A DNA stretch of 64,000 bases from Armatimonadota bacterium (GTDB lineage Bacteria; Armatimonadota; UBA5829; DSUL01): the NCBI GenBank assembly GCA_039811685.1, contig JBDHZC010000001.1, positions 128,001 to 192,000 of the forward strand. The letters run 5' to 3'. The position numbers and the translations under genes are program-made. The notes below the pieces were generated by a model that saw only the letters and a list, made by a program, of their open reading frames with translations, had not been told where the DNA came from and did not search any database. Shown piece after piece: positions 20,599 to 30,343 of this stretch (position 1 is its first letter; each line of letters starts with the position of its first letter).

Positions 20599-21708
20599 AT
20601 GATCGTCGGAGTTCCCACAGAGATAATGCCCGGAGAAGGGCGTGTTGCTGCCAGTCCGGAGACTGTCGCCCGGATGTGTGAGGCCGGTTTCACCGTGCTG
20701 GTGCAGGAAGGGGCCGGCAAAGGCTCGGGAATTGATGACGGGAGCTTCCGCACTGCTGGCGCTCAGACCGTATCACTTGAGGCTGTCTGGTCGCAGGCGG
20801 AGATTATCCTCAAAGTCAAACAGCCGATGTTCAACAGGCAGCTTGGCGTCCACGAAGCGGAACTGCTTCCGGAAGGGCGATGCCTGATTACTTTTCTGCA
20901 TCCCGCCAACAGTCTGGATGTTGTTGAGATTCTGCGCAGGCGCAACATTACATCGTTCACGATGGATTCTATCCCGCGTACTCCTGAAGCTCGCCCAATG
21001 GACGCCCTGTCCAGTATGAGCCTGCTGGCGGGCTATCGCGCGGCAATCATGGCGGCAAATCTTGCGCCGCGAATGTTCGGAGCCGCGGAGGCTGAAGTTG
21101 GCCATCTGGAGCCTATACGAGTGCTTGTTGTGGGCTTTGGGGTAGTGGGCCTGGCCGCCGTGCGAACCTGCCTGCAGCTCAACGCAGAAGTGGCCATTTT
21201 GGATTTGCGCGAAGAGGCTCAACAGCGCGCTCTGGCGCTGGGTGTGCGCTCAGTTCAACCGGCGGGTCAGCATGCCGGCGACTTCAATGCCGCTGTCATG
21301 GACGCCATCTCCAGCGAACTTCCCCACACAGACGTGCTGATCCTTTCAGCGCTGGTGTTTGCGGAGAAAGCACCCATTCTGCTTACGCGCGAAATGCTGA
21401 AGAAGATGCCCTGGGGCGCAGTTGTGGTTGATGTGTCAGTGGATCAAGGCGGCAACTGCGAGGTGACTGCGCCCGGAGAGATTGTGACCGTGGACGATGT
21501 GAAAGTGGTGGGTATCCTCAACCTGCCGGGCCAGGTGCCTGTAGACGCCACGCGCCTCTATTCTCGAAACGTTGCGAACTTTCTTTTTCGAGTGGTCCAG
21601 AACGGCCGGATAGTCACAGACGACTTAATTACACGCGCAGCCCTGGTCACGCATGCTGGCGAGATCACGCACGCCGGCACGCTGAAAGCTTTTCAAATCG
21701 TCAGCTAG
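20599..21708 (+). CDS. Alanine dehydrogenase/NAD(P) transhydrogenase alpha (domain I) family protein, stand-alone
   Basis: VGVPTE...EGRVAASP, MDALSSMSLLAGYRA, GFGVVG Rossmann motif, VDVSVDQGGNCE, ATRLYSRN; no TM part. Confidence 0.85.
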   Translation: MIVGVPTEIMPGEGRVAASPETVARMCEAGFTVLVQEGAGKGSGIDDGSFRTAGAQTVSLEAVWSQAEIILKVKQPMFNRQLGVHEAELLPEGRCLITFLHPANSLDVVEILRRRNITSFTMDSIPRTPEARPMDALSSMSLLAGYRAAIMAANLAPRMFGAAEAEVGHLEPIRVLVVGFGVVGLAAVRTCLQLNAEVAILDLREEAQQRALALGVRSVQPAGQHAGDFNAAVMDAISSELPHTDVLILSALVFAEKAPILLTREMLKKMPWGAVVVDVSVDQGGNCEVTAPGEIVTVDDVKVVGILNLPGQVPVDATRLYSRNVANFLFRVVQNGRIVTDDLITRAALVTHAGEITHAGTLKAFQIVS

Positions 21709-21717
21709 AGGTCTTTC

Positions 21718-22530
21718 TTAGTAGGGCGTTCCCGGTATGTGTCCGGGATCCCAGTCGCCGCTGTCCACCTGTCTGAGTAACAGCTCTTGCTTTCCGTACT
21801 TCACGTGCCCGTCGCAGTAAGCGACATTAGTGCCTTCGTAGTGGACGTTTGAGGGAATGTCACGCCGGCTCTGCCAGTTGAAGTCTCCGTCGTTGAGCCC
21901 GCCCATTTGTGGGTCTCTCGGGTCGTTGTTGCGGGCCTCGTGAATAAGCAGCAGCACCTTCGCCGGGTCGTTGTTCATCGCATCCAGCTTCTGCCAGTTG
22001 CGCCCGTTGAAACCTTTGTCATCAAACGCCAGGTTCATGCTGTAACTCAGCGGAAACTGCCTTCGATACGTGGCCAGCGCAATTCCAGGAGGCGCTTGCG
22101 ATATCTGCATGGCAGGCACGTTGCGGTCTGTCGGACAAAGATACGCGCCGGCTGCCTTCACGTAAGGCCACAGCCCACCGTCCTGAAGGATAACGTAGCT
22201 GCCGGTACCGTGCGATCCTGCCCAGTCATATTGATTTGGAGCATTGCCTACCATGCGGGCATCCGGCAGGCGTCCGCCGTTGTCGTTGGCATACTGCAGC
22301 ATGGCAGTGGAGAGTTGTTTGAGGTTGCTCAGGCATTGAGTCGAGCGCGCTTTCTCTCGAGCCATAGCGAAAACTGGAAATAGAATCGCCGCCAGGATCG
22401 CGATAATAGCGATGACAACGAGAAGCTCAATCAATGTGAATCCTGAGCGCTGTGCGCGATCGCCGTGCACCGCGGTGCTCTGAGCCCTTCCCTCAGCGCT
22501 GTTTGCTGCTCGCCTATTGATCCTGAACAT
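21718..22530 (-). CDS. Prepilin-type N-terminal cleavage/methylation protein, DUF1559-like, H-X9-DG C-terminus
   Basis: [48 protein letters not shown]. Likely start is ATG 22530 (track 22578); promoter TTGACT-17-TACACT at 22591-22619. Confidence 0.92.
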   Translation of the reverse strand: MFRINRRAANSAEGRAQSTAVHGDRAQRSGFTLIELLVVIAIIAILAAILFPVFAMAREKARSTQCLSNLKQLSTAMLQYANDNGGRLPDARMVGNAPNQYDWAGSHGTGSYVILQDGGLWPYVKAAGAYLCPTDRNVPAMQISQAPPGIALATYRRQFPLSYSMNLAFDDKGFNGRNWQKLDAMNNDPAKVLLLIHEARNNDPRDPQMGGLNDGDFNWQSRRDIPSNVHYEGTNVAYCDGHVKYGKQELLLRQVDSGDWDPGHIPGTPY

Positions 22531-22797
22531 CTCAACCCTTTCGCTGCGCACGACACACCGGGATAACAGAGATGGCATGCGTTCCCGATGAGTGTACGCC
22601 GATAGCCTGCAACAGTCAAGGCTTTTACTATGACATTTATAAGAACGATTTCCGACCGTCCCGTGTTCCTGCCCGCTTGTTGAAAAGCCCCTCCAGCGGT
22701 TTAGACTGTTGAGTTCGTTCTATACTTGCGCAATGCATATTGCTCCGTCCTCTTGCGCCGCACCCATCATTTCGGTATTCTTCAAGCAGTTGTTTAC

Positions 22798-22878
22798 GGG
22801 CGGGTGGCGGAACGGTAGACGCAGCGGACTTAAAATCCGCGGCCGCAAGGCATGAGGGTTCGAATCCCTCCTCGCCCA
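22798..22878 (+). tRNA. tRNA-Leu (anticodon TAA)
   Basis: Acceptor GGGCGGG/CTCGCCC+A, anticodon arm GCGGA-CTTAAAA-TCCGC, long variable arm, T-loop GGTTCGAATCC; CCA not encoded. Confidence 0.96.
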
Positions 22879-22940
22879 GAATCTTGCGTTGGCGCCATTG
22901 CATGCGGCTGCCAGCGGCTCGCTCTGCGGCAGAAACGCGA

Positions 22941-22974
22941 AAAGGCTCCGGAAGCGTAAAGCTCCGGAGCCTTT
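22941..22974. terminator. Probable bidirectional intrinsic terminator between tRNA-Leu and the RRM gene
   Basis: 12-bp stem AAAGGCTCCGGA / TCCGGAGCCTTT between convergent genes. Confidence 0.75.
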
Positions 22975-22997
22975 CCATTACAGACAGAGGCAGCTAA

Positions 22998-23327
22998 CTA
23001 CCAGCGATTGCGTCCGCCGCCGCCGCCACCGTAGCCGCCACGGCTACCGCCGCCGCCACCGTAACCGCCGCGGCCGCCGCCGCCACCGCTGCGCTCAGGG
23101 CGCGGACGGGCCTCATTGACTGTCAGCGGGCGTCCGCCCACTTCCTTGCCATTGAGTTCGTCGATGGCGGCCTGGGCGTTCTCTGCTGGGATGTCAACAA
23201 AAGCAAATCCCTTATCAGAGATGACGCGAATGCCCTCGATGGGGCCGTGAGGCTCGAACAGCGCGCGAAGCTCGCTCTCGCTGGTCGAGTAGCTCATATT
23301 ACCGACATAGAGTGATTTTGATGCCAT
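22998..23327 (-). CDS. RRM RNA-binding protein with Gly-rich tail
   Basis: RNP2 LYVGNM, RNP1 KGFAFVD, LTVNEARPR, GGGGRGGYGG tail. Confidence 0.95.
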   Translation of the reverse strand: MASKSLYVGNMSYSTSESELRALFEPHGPIEGIRVISDKGFAFVDIPAENAQAAIDELNGKEVGGRPLTVNEARPRPERSGGGGGRGGYGGGGGSRGGYGGGGGGRNRW

Positions 23328-23622
23328 TTTGGCTTTACCTTCATAGTGCTCAGATGCAACAGGCTTTGGCTGCCTTCGGAGGATTCCAATTCCAGCAGCT
23401 TCTGCTTGTCTTGCAGACGAATTATCCGCCTGGCGGGTTAGCCTTACTTTCGCTGCCTTCCCACTGTGGCGGTCGCCACAGCCTTCCCTTCACCAGATAC
23501 GAGACAGTACAGAGATGAAGCTGACGTCATTACACGGAATCCGATCAGTGCGCAGAAGATAAAGCGATCTACGAGGTGAAAAGGAGGCCGATTCGCCTGG
23601 CTGAGAGGTTGTGACTGTCGGC

Positions 23623-23651
23623 ACTATAGCACAGTGCGCGGCGCAGCGCAA
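23623..23651 (-). promoter_or_regulatory. Sigma70-type promoter of the RRM gene
   Basis: Minus strand TTGCGC-17 bp-TATAGT with an extended -10 TG. Confidence 0.55.
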
Positions 23652-23725
23652 CCTCATATCGAGGATTCTGGCACTTCGCGGAGAAGTTTTGCAAGGCGAA
23701 TGCGAACAGAGCCAGTCACACATCA

Positions 23726-24985
23726 CTACGGAACACGCACCAGTTCCCACTTCCACGTGCGACCTGACACCACAGTCCTTCGTTTGCGCTCCAGTTCTGC
23801 AATCTGAGCATCCAGTTTGCGAAGCTCCGATGCGCGCTCACCGGGTGTCAAAACCTGGGCGTCAGCCAACTCCACCTTGCGCCACCTCGTGTAGTAAGCG
23901 CTTTCCTGCTCGCGGCACAGTTGATCCACCTGCTTTGCAAGCTCCCTCCATGGCCCCGGTAGCGGCGCCAGATCCACCCCCGCAGATAGCTGCGAGCCGT
24001 CCATCTCCGCGACTGCCTTTCCATTGACCGTCAACTTCCATTTTCCCGGAGTCAGATTCTTCACTTTGAGCTCGTAGCGGTTCATAGCGATAAGCTCTGG
24101 CTCATAAGGGAATAATACGTCCGCGGCGGGGTCAAACGCCATCGGCAGGGCCTCGTCGCGCCGAAGAAACACAAGTTTATCTGAGGTATGCGCCAAAACC
24201 TTTACTCGGCATCGACTCGATGTCAGCCGCTCATCGCCGATCTCCAGCGAGGCAGCTGGCTGGTTGCACCCGAGCGCCTGAATCAAACCGTAGGCCATCA
24301 GGGCATGTCCCGCCGAGTCCGGATGAACACCATCGGGGATCATTGTGAAGTCTTTGCGCTCGGACTTCGCTTGAGTCTGCGCGTTGAGCATAAGGGTGTG
24401 GATGTTGAAAATCGGTACGCCAAGCCGTCTGGCAAGCATGACCTCGCCCCGGGCAAACTGCCCGAGAGTGGGATTGTAGGCGCGCATGCGCTCCGGGCTG
24501 TTCCAGTTTTTTCTGTCGGGGTCCACTACTCCAGGCGTGAGCAGGGCGACTCTGGCGCCGGTGGTCCTGATTTGTTGCACCAGCTCTTCCATCGACGAGA
24601 TAAAGCGTTCATAGTTCACCCTGTTGAACGCCCCAACACCGCCGTCATTCATCCCGTAGCAGATAGTTACAACTGTTGGCTGTAAGCTCAGGACATCGCG
24701 TTGCAGTCTTTTGAGGCCTCCCCCTGCTGTGTCCGATACCCAGCCCGCATTGCGAAAGCTCAGGCTCATCTCTGGATACCGCAGTGTCAGGTAATCCATT
24801 ACATAGCGCGTGTAGATGCGCTGCTCAGTGATGCTGTCGCCGAGAAACACGATGCGATCGCCGTCTCGAAGCTGGAACGAGGGCTGTGCCGCCGCGTACG
24901 CGACAGAAAACGCCAGCCAGAGGCAGAGCGTGATGCAAGAAAGGAGCCTTTTCATAAGGAGAAGGTTACCATTTCTTCGAGGCAA
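23726..24985 (-). CDS. Exported SGNH/GDSL hydrolase
   Basis: FLGDSIT, RNAG, GMNDG, DGVHP; signal peptide from MKRLLSC (start possibly 24955). Confidence 0.9.
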   Translation of the reverse strand: MPRRNGNLLLMKRLLSCITLCLWLAFSVAYAAAQPSFQLRDGDRIVFLGDSITEQRIYTRYVMDYLTLRYPEMSLSFRNAGWVSDTAGGGLKRLQRDVLSLQPTVVTICYGMNDGGVGAFNRVNYERFISSMEELVQQIRTTGARVALLTPGVVDPDRKNWNSPERMRAYNPTLGQFARGEVMLARRLGVPIFNIHTLMLNAQTQAKSERKDFTMIPDGVHPDSAGHALMAYGLIQALGCNQPAASLEIGDERLTSSRCRVKVLAHTSDKLVFLRRDEALPMAFDPAADVLFPYEPELIAMNRYELKVKNLTPGKWKLTVNGKAVAEMDGSQLSAGVDLAPLPGPWRELAKQVDQLCREQESAYYTRWRKVELADAQVLTPGERASELRKLDAQIAELERKRRTVVSGRTWKWELVRVP

Positions 24986-25211
24986 TTCCTGCCATCCGGC
25001 GTGTCTGGTGGAGCCTAGGAGGCGTTATCTGTTTGACGCTCTGCCCTAACGCCGATCTCGGACAACAGGCCATCCATCTGTTAGCTTCGTGTGGCTGCGC
25101 TGTGGCCCGTGCCCTGTATGCGTGGCAGACGGGTTCCGAGTGAATCAATCGCCTTTGGTATGTCTATAGAAGTATAAATATATTTAGAGAACCTTTACAT
25201 CTGTAGCAGTT

Positions 25212-26642
25212 CTAGCTGCCCATGTTGCCAACTGCGCGGTCTAGCGCAGCGCGGGCTCTGTCCACCTCAGATCTGGCGTTGACCTGGTTCGTCTGTGCCC
25301 TCAAAAGTGACTGTTGGGCGTCTATCACGTCCAGGAAGATACCGACGCCCGCCTTGTAGCGTCCTTCCGCCAGCCGGACCGACTCCTGAGCATTGGCGAC
25401 TTCCGCCTCGGACGTGCTGACTCTCTGCTGCGCGGTCTGATAATTGAGGTAGGCTTGCGACACATCTGCGACCACAGCCTGCCGGGCATTCTTCAGGGCC
25501 GCTTCTGCGGTCTCTATGTTTCCTTGAGATTCTTTCACTCGGCCGGAGGTAAGTCCAGCGTCAAATATGTCCCACTGGACGACGGCGCCGACTGTCAGAT
25601 TACTGGCGTTCGGCGGAAAATCTCGTCCGCGTGAGCTTGTTCCAACGGTAGCGTAGACGCTGGGGCCGGACGCGTAGCGGGCGGCCCCTCTGCTCAGTTG
25701 CGCCGCCTTCAGATTCTCCGCCGTCTGACGAAGTTCGGGCCTTTGCTTCAGAGCCCTGTCTACCAGGTCTGGCAAGGAGCTCATTTCGACGGAGTTCTCA
25801 GAGGTATCGGTTGTCTGAACAGGTGCTCTCGGGTCCAGTCCCATGGCCATAGCGAGTGAAATTTTGGCAGATGTGGCGTTGGACCGCGCGACGGTGAGGT
25901 TCAAAATCGCATCCGACACCGCCGTCTGAGCGCGTACGACATCCAGAGGCAAGCCCAGGCCGCTCTTCAATCGCGCCTGTGCCAGGGCCAATTGCGCCTG
26001 CCTGTTGCGAACGTCTGATTCATTTACCGAGACGATCCGCTCATTTTGCTCAAACGTGTAGAACGCCTCTTTGACGTCAAAGGCTACGTCAGAGGATACG
26101 CGTTGGATATTTGCGTCAGCGGCATTCTCAAGGGCTCGCGCCTGACGTGCGACACTGTGCGTGCGTCCGAAATCCCAGATAAGCTGACGCACGGTTGCGG
26201 AAGCGGTGTATCCCGGGAAACTCGCTCCGGAGCCGGTCGACACTACTCCTCCGCTACTACCGGTGGACGCACCGCCCAATGGGTCCACATGCGTGTATCC
26301 GGCAGAGAGCCCTAGCTTTGGATACAGCGCGCTCCGTGCCTGCCGGGTACGTCCGGATGCTGCGATAAGCCCGCCGCGTGCCTGTTGAACGGCCGGTTGG
26401 TTTGAGAGCGCGATTTGCACGGCTTCCTCTGCGGTGATAGGGTGGTCTGGCGCGACAGCGCCGGCAGCCAGTTCGTCCGTTCCAGCAGGCTCAATTTGAA
26501 TACGGGGGGGCAGGGGAGTCTCCTGGATATTGGGCATTATCGGCGGAGTCTCTTCCGCTATGGCTGGGACACCGAATCCTACCCCGATCAGACAGCAGGC
26601 AGTCACTAGGCAGAGTGCAGGAAAGGAGTGTGATCTAGGCAT
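25212..26642 (-). CDS. TolC-family outer membrane efflux protein
   Basis: Two OEP repeats (QLIWDFGR; QWDIFDAG...RYKAGVGIFLDVIDAQ); signal peptide. Confidence 0.92.
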   Translation of the reverse strand: MPRSHSFPALCLVTACCLIGVGFGVPAIAEETPPIMPNIQETPLPPRIQIEPAGTDELAAGAVAPDHPITAEEAVQIALSNQPAVQQARGGLIAASGRTRQARSALYPKLGLSAGYTHVDPLGGASTGSSGGVVSTGSGASFPGYTASATVRQLIWDFGRTHSVARQARALENAADANIQRVSSDVAFDVKEAFYTFEQNERIVSVNESDVRNRQAQLALAQARLKSGLGLPLDVVRAQTAVSDAILNLTVARSNATSAKISLAMAMGLDPRAPVQTTDTSENSVEMSSLPDLVDRALKQRPELRQTAENLKAAQLSRGAARYASGPSVYATVGTSSRGRDFPPNASNLTVGAVVQWDIFDAGLTSGRVKESQGNIETAEAALKNARQAVVADVSQAYLNYQTAQQRVSTSEAEVANAQESVRLAEGRYKAGVGIFLDVIDAQQSLLRAQTNQVNARSEVDRARAALDRAVGNMGS

Positions 26643-26645
26643 AGG

Positions 26646-27119
26646 CTACGGCGCAATCCTGTCGGGAATGTTGTGTGCGGCGGATGTGGTCGGTGTCTGT
26701 GCGACTCCTGTGGCCTCCAGCAACGCGTGGAGGCCGTCCAGCAGTTGCTCTTGCTTTCGGGCAGGCATCCGGCGAAGCGCGCGCTCAACCCGACGCAGGC
26801 GATCCGCGCGTCGCGACTGCATCAGGTTGGCTCCCTTTGTTGTCAGTCGGAGACGTTTGCAGCGCCGATCTGAAGGCTCGGGTGCGCGGCGAACGAGTTC
26901 AGCCTTCTCAAGTCGATCGGTTAGCTGGGTGACGGCGCTCACTGAGATTCCAAGCTCCTCACTGAGCCACGACACTGTTTGAGGCCCGCTTTGTAGAATT
27001 GTGCAAACGCGCAACTGTGCAAGTGGCAGGTCGTGCGCTGGATCAAGCGCAAATAAGCGTCGCATAATCCGGGGTAGAAGTATCTCTACCTGTGCGGCAG
27101 TACTGGTTGGCTCTTTCAC
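26646..27119 (-). CDS. MarR-family transcriptional regulator
   Basis: LSEELGISVSAVTQLTDRLEKAELVRR...DRRCKRLRLT; GTGA overlap with the RND stop. Confidence 0.92.
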   Translation of the reverse strand: MKEPTSTAAQVEILLPRIMRRLFALDPAHDLPLAQLRVCTILQSGPQTVSWLSEELGISVSAVTQLTDRLEKAELVRRAPEPSDRRCKRLRLTTKGANLMQSRRADRLRRVERALRRMPARKQEQLLDGLHALLEATGVAQTPTTSAAHNIPDRIAP

Positions 27120-30100
27120 AGGACTTCCTGAGGGGTTGTCGGCTCTGTCACAGGCGCGGGAGACAGCTCATCTCCCACAGCTTCTACAGACGGCTCCACT
27201 AGCTCCGGTGGAGCAAGATCGGCCGGTGACTGTCGCAGATTCCGACCCAGGTCATCAAACAGTGTGTAGACGACTGGCACGACGAAGAGCGTTAGAAGCG
27301 TAGATGTGAACAGACCGCCTATCACTGCGGTTGCCATCGGGGCTTGCACTTCACTTCCGTTGCCCAGACCTATCGCCAGAGGCAACATTCCAAAGCCCGC
27401 TGCCAGCGCGGTCATAAGAATAGGGCGCAGACGAGTGGGGCCGGCTGTCAGAACGGCCTCATCGCGCGGCACTCCTCGTCCACGCAGTACATTCGTGTAG
27501 TCCACAAGCAGAATCCCATTCTTAACTACAATGCCCACCAGCATCAAGAGTCCGATGAATGCCGTCAGGCCAAAGCTGCGATCCGTCAGGAACAGCGCCA
27601 GAATGACCCCGATAGCGCAAAGCGGAACAGAGGCCAGCACCGTCAGTGGGTGGATGAATGACTCAAACTGTGATGCCAGCAGCATATAGATCAGCGCAAT
27701 CGCCATCGCTATGGACAGCCACATTCCACTGAACTCGCGGCTGCGCCTTTGCATGTTCGATCCCCAGTCCCAGCGGTAGCCTTCTGGAAGAGTCATGCCA
27801 GAGAGCGCCTTTTGGACGTCCTCCTGAATCTCTCCGCTGGAGCGTCCCTGAGGGGACCCGGTAATTGCGACGTAGCGCTGACGGTTGAGGCGCGTAATCT
27901 CACTTGGACCCATCCCATAGACCGGTCGCGCTACCTGACTCAGAAATATATCTCCGCTCGTATTCTGCCCGGTGGTCGGCCGGATAGCCAGGTTCAGAAG
28001 CTCGGGCACAGTCTTGCGTTTGTTCTCAGGAAGCTGCACAATAATTGGGTATTGAAAACCCTCTTCCTGATAGTAGCTGGCGATGGTTCCGTTGGTAGCG
28101 GTGCCGATAGTGCCCGCAACATCAGAGAAGCTCATTCCGAGCTGTAGAGCCTTCTGGCGGTCCACCTTCCATTGAATCTCTGGAGTAGCCTCCTGCCAGT
28201 TGACGTCCACATTTTCCAACCCAGAAACGTTTCTGACCTTTGCCATCACTTCTCTGGAGAGCCGGGAGAGTGTGGCAATATCGTCACCGAAAATGTCAAC
28301 CTCCACGTTCTCCGGGCCACCTGTCATCATCATCGTCACGATATCGAACTGATTGGGCATGGCTCGGACACCAGGAATACGCCCGAAAGCCTTGCGCATC
28401 CTCTGCATCACCTGTAGAGTGGTGGCGCTGCGGTGTTCCTTCAGCTTGACAGTGGCGGAGCCCTGGAATGGTATCTGTGAGCGCGTCGTGCCTCGCATCG
28501 TTAGCGAAGTGCCAGCCGCTGAGAATACGGTCGCAACATCCGGATCTTTCATCAGGATATTCTCAATCTGCCCGACAGTTTCGTTGGTCTTCTGCAATGA
28601 TGTGCCAACAGGCATCTTGATGTTGACAGAAAAATCTCCGCTGTCCGCCTGTGGCATCATCTCGGTACCAATGTAGGGAAGCAGGAGAAAGCTGGCAGCA
28701 GACAGAATTGCCGCGCCTGCGAGAACACGGTACCTGTGGTGAAGAGCCCAGCTCAGGCCATGCCGATAGCTGGCATCCAGCGCATTGAGCCAGACGCCGC
28801 ACTTTGCGAAAATCTTCTCCAGCCGTGTGCGCTCACCCTCGCCAGCAATCATTTCATGATGCGCCTCTCCCTTGATCACACGCGAAGCCAGCATCGGCAC
28901 GACTGTTGTTGCGTCAAGGAGAGAAACAAGAATTGAAAAGATCACTACCAGCGCGAACTGCGTAAACATCTGTCCCGCCTGGCCCCGAATCAGCATCAGC
29001 GGTAGAAAGACTACGACAATGGTGAACGTGGACGCCACAACGGCCGAGAAAATCTCTGTGGCGCCGCTCACTGCAGCGTCAGGCGCTCTTTTTTTGTCTC
29101 GTTCAATGTGGCGAAAGATGTTCTCCAGCACAACAACCGCATCGTCCACAATCAGGCCGGTCGCCAGCGCAAGGCCCCCGAGAGACATTGTATTCAGCGT
29201 AAACCCACACATGTACAACAGCGCAAACGTGGAGGTGATAGATACCGGTATCGAAAGCGCCACGACCAGTGTGCTGCGCACATTGCGCAGGAAGAACAAC
29301 AGGATCAGCACCGCCAGCACGCCACCGATGACAGCCGCCTCGGTGACTTCGTGGATGGAGTTCTCAATAAACTGAGACTGGTTATAAGCCAGGCCAAACT
29401 TCAACTGGGGATAGAGCTTTTTGACCTGTTCGATTTTGTCGCGAACGGCGTGGGCGGTATCAACGGTATTGGCCTCACTCTGTTTGGTGACAATTAGCCC
29501 GACGGCCGGTTTTCCATTCAGCCGCGTATACAGCCGGGTCTCGCTGGATTCATCTCGCACGTCAGCGACAGAGGAAAGCGGGATCACGCTGCCATTGAAT
29601 GCGCCCACGGGAATGCTGCGCAGTTCATCAATGTTTGTGAACCACCCCAGACTGCGTATGGTATACTCCGTGTTGCCCTGTTTGGCTATCCCTGCGGGCA
29701 CATTGAGGTTCTCCTGCGCAATGCGGCGGGTAACATCAGGCAGCGACAGATGATAGGCCCGGAGGCGGTCTGGATCAACGTTGACGACAACAGCCCGCTC
29801 CTGTCCTCCTGTCACAGCCGCCGAAGCTACCCCACTGGCGGACTCAATGATAGGTGAAACCTGATTGTCAAGCAGTGTACGCAGCTTGATCGGATCGTCA
29901 ATGCCGGAGACGCCATAGATCAAAATCGGCATTGTTGAAGGGTCGTATTTGAAAACGACAGGAGACTCCAGGGTGGGGTCATTCGGGAAGTTCTGGCTGG
30001 CTCTCTGCACGAGCTGCAACACATCTACCGCCGCCTGTCCGATGTCCGTCCCCCACTGGAACTGCACTCGTACGGTGGATGAACCCTGGGAGGTACTCGA

Positions 30101-30343
30101 GCTAACTTCGTAAAGATTCGGCGCTGATGAGACCGCCTGTTCAATTGGGCGAGTAATCTGTGCTTCAATCTCTTCCGGAGCTACGTTTGGCCACGTCACG
30201 TTCACGGCAACTGTCGGCAGAGACACTTTTGGCAGCAGGTCAATGGGCAGTCTCAAGAGACAAATAGCGCCAAGCAGTACAAGCGCTGCGATGCGCATTG
30301 TGACCGCGACTGGCCGGGTAACTGAAAACCTGGCGAGATTCAT
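27116..30343 (-). CDS. RND efflux permease (AcrB/AcrD/AcrF family)
   Basis: GLIVDDAVVVLENI, GIVVKNGILLVD, RLRPILMT; 12-TM RND layout. Confidence 0.96.
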   Translation of the reverse strand: MNLARFSVTRPVAVTMRIAALVLLGAICLLRLPIDLLPKVSLPTVAVNVTWPNVAPEEIEAQITRPIEQAVSSAPNLYEVSSSTSQGSSTVRVQFQWGTDIGQAAVDVLQLVQRASQNFPNDPTLESPVVFKYDPSTMPILIYGVSGIDDPIKLRTLLDNQVSPIIESASGVASAAVTGGQERAVVVNVDPDRLRAYHLSLPDVTRRIAQENLNVPAGIAKQGNTEYTIRSLGWFTNIDELRSIPVGAFNGSVIPLSSVADVRDESSETRLYTRLNGKPAVGLIVTKQSEANTVDTAHAVRDKIEQVKKLYPQLKFGLAYNQSQFIENSIHEVTEAAVIGGVLAVLILLFFLRNVRSTLVVALSIPVSITSTFALLYMCGFTLNTMSLGGLALATGLIVDDAVVVLENIFRHIERDKKRAPDAAVSGATEIFSAVVASTFTIVVVFLPLMLIRGQAGQMFTQFALVVIFSILVSLLDATTVVPMLASRVIKGEAHHEMIAGEGERTRLEKIFAKCGVWLNALDASYRHGLSWALHHRYRVLAGAAILSAASFLLLPYIGTEMMPQADSGDFSVNIKMPVGTSLQKTNETVGQIENILMKDPDVATVFSAAGTSLTMRGTTRSQIPFQGSATVKLKEHRSATTLQVMQRMRKAFGRIPGVRAMPNQFDIVTMMMTGGPENVEVDIFGDDIATLSRLSREVMAKVRNVSGLENVDVNWQEATPEIQWKVDRQKALQLGMSFSDVAGTIGTATNGTIASYYQEEGFQYPIIVQLPENKRKTVPELLNLAIRPTTGQNTSGDIFLSQVARPVYGMGPSEITRLNRQRYVAITGSPQGRSSGEIQEDVQKALSGMTLPEGYRWDWGSNMQRRSREFSGMWLSIAMAIALIYMLLASQFESFIHPLTVLASVPLCAIGVILALFLTDRSFGLTAFIGLLMLVGIVVKNGILLVDYTNVLRGRGVPRDEAVLTAGPTRLRPILMTALAAGFGMLPLAIGLGNGSEVQAPMATAVIGGLFTSTLLTLFVVPVVYTLFDDLGRNLRQSPADLAPPELVEPSVEAVGDELSPAPVTEPTTPQEVL

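Noticed and set aside
22798..22878. tRNA-Leu (and tRNA-Glu at 62833) as integration sites of an island
   Set aside because: There is no integrase, and no duplicated tRNA 3' end was noticed.
23010..23090. GCC/CCG triplet-like repeat
   Set aside because: It simply encodes the Gly-rich tail of the RRM protein.
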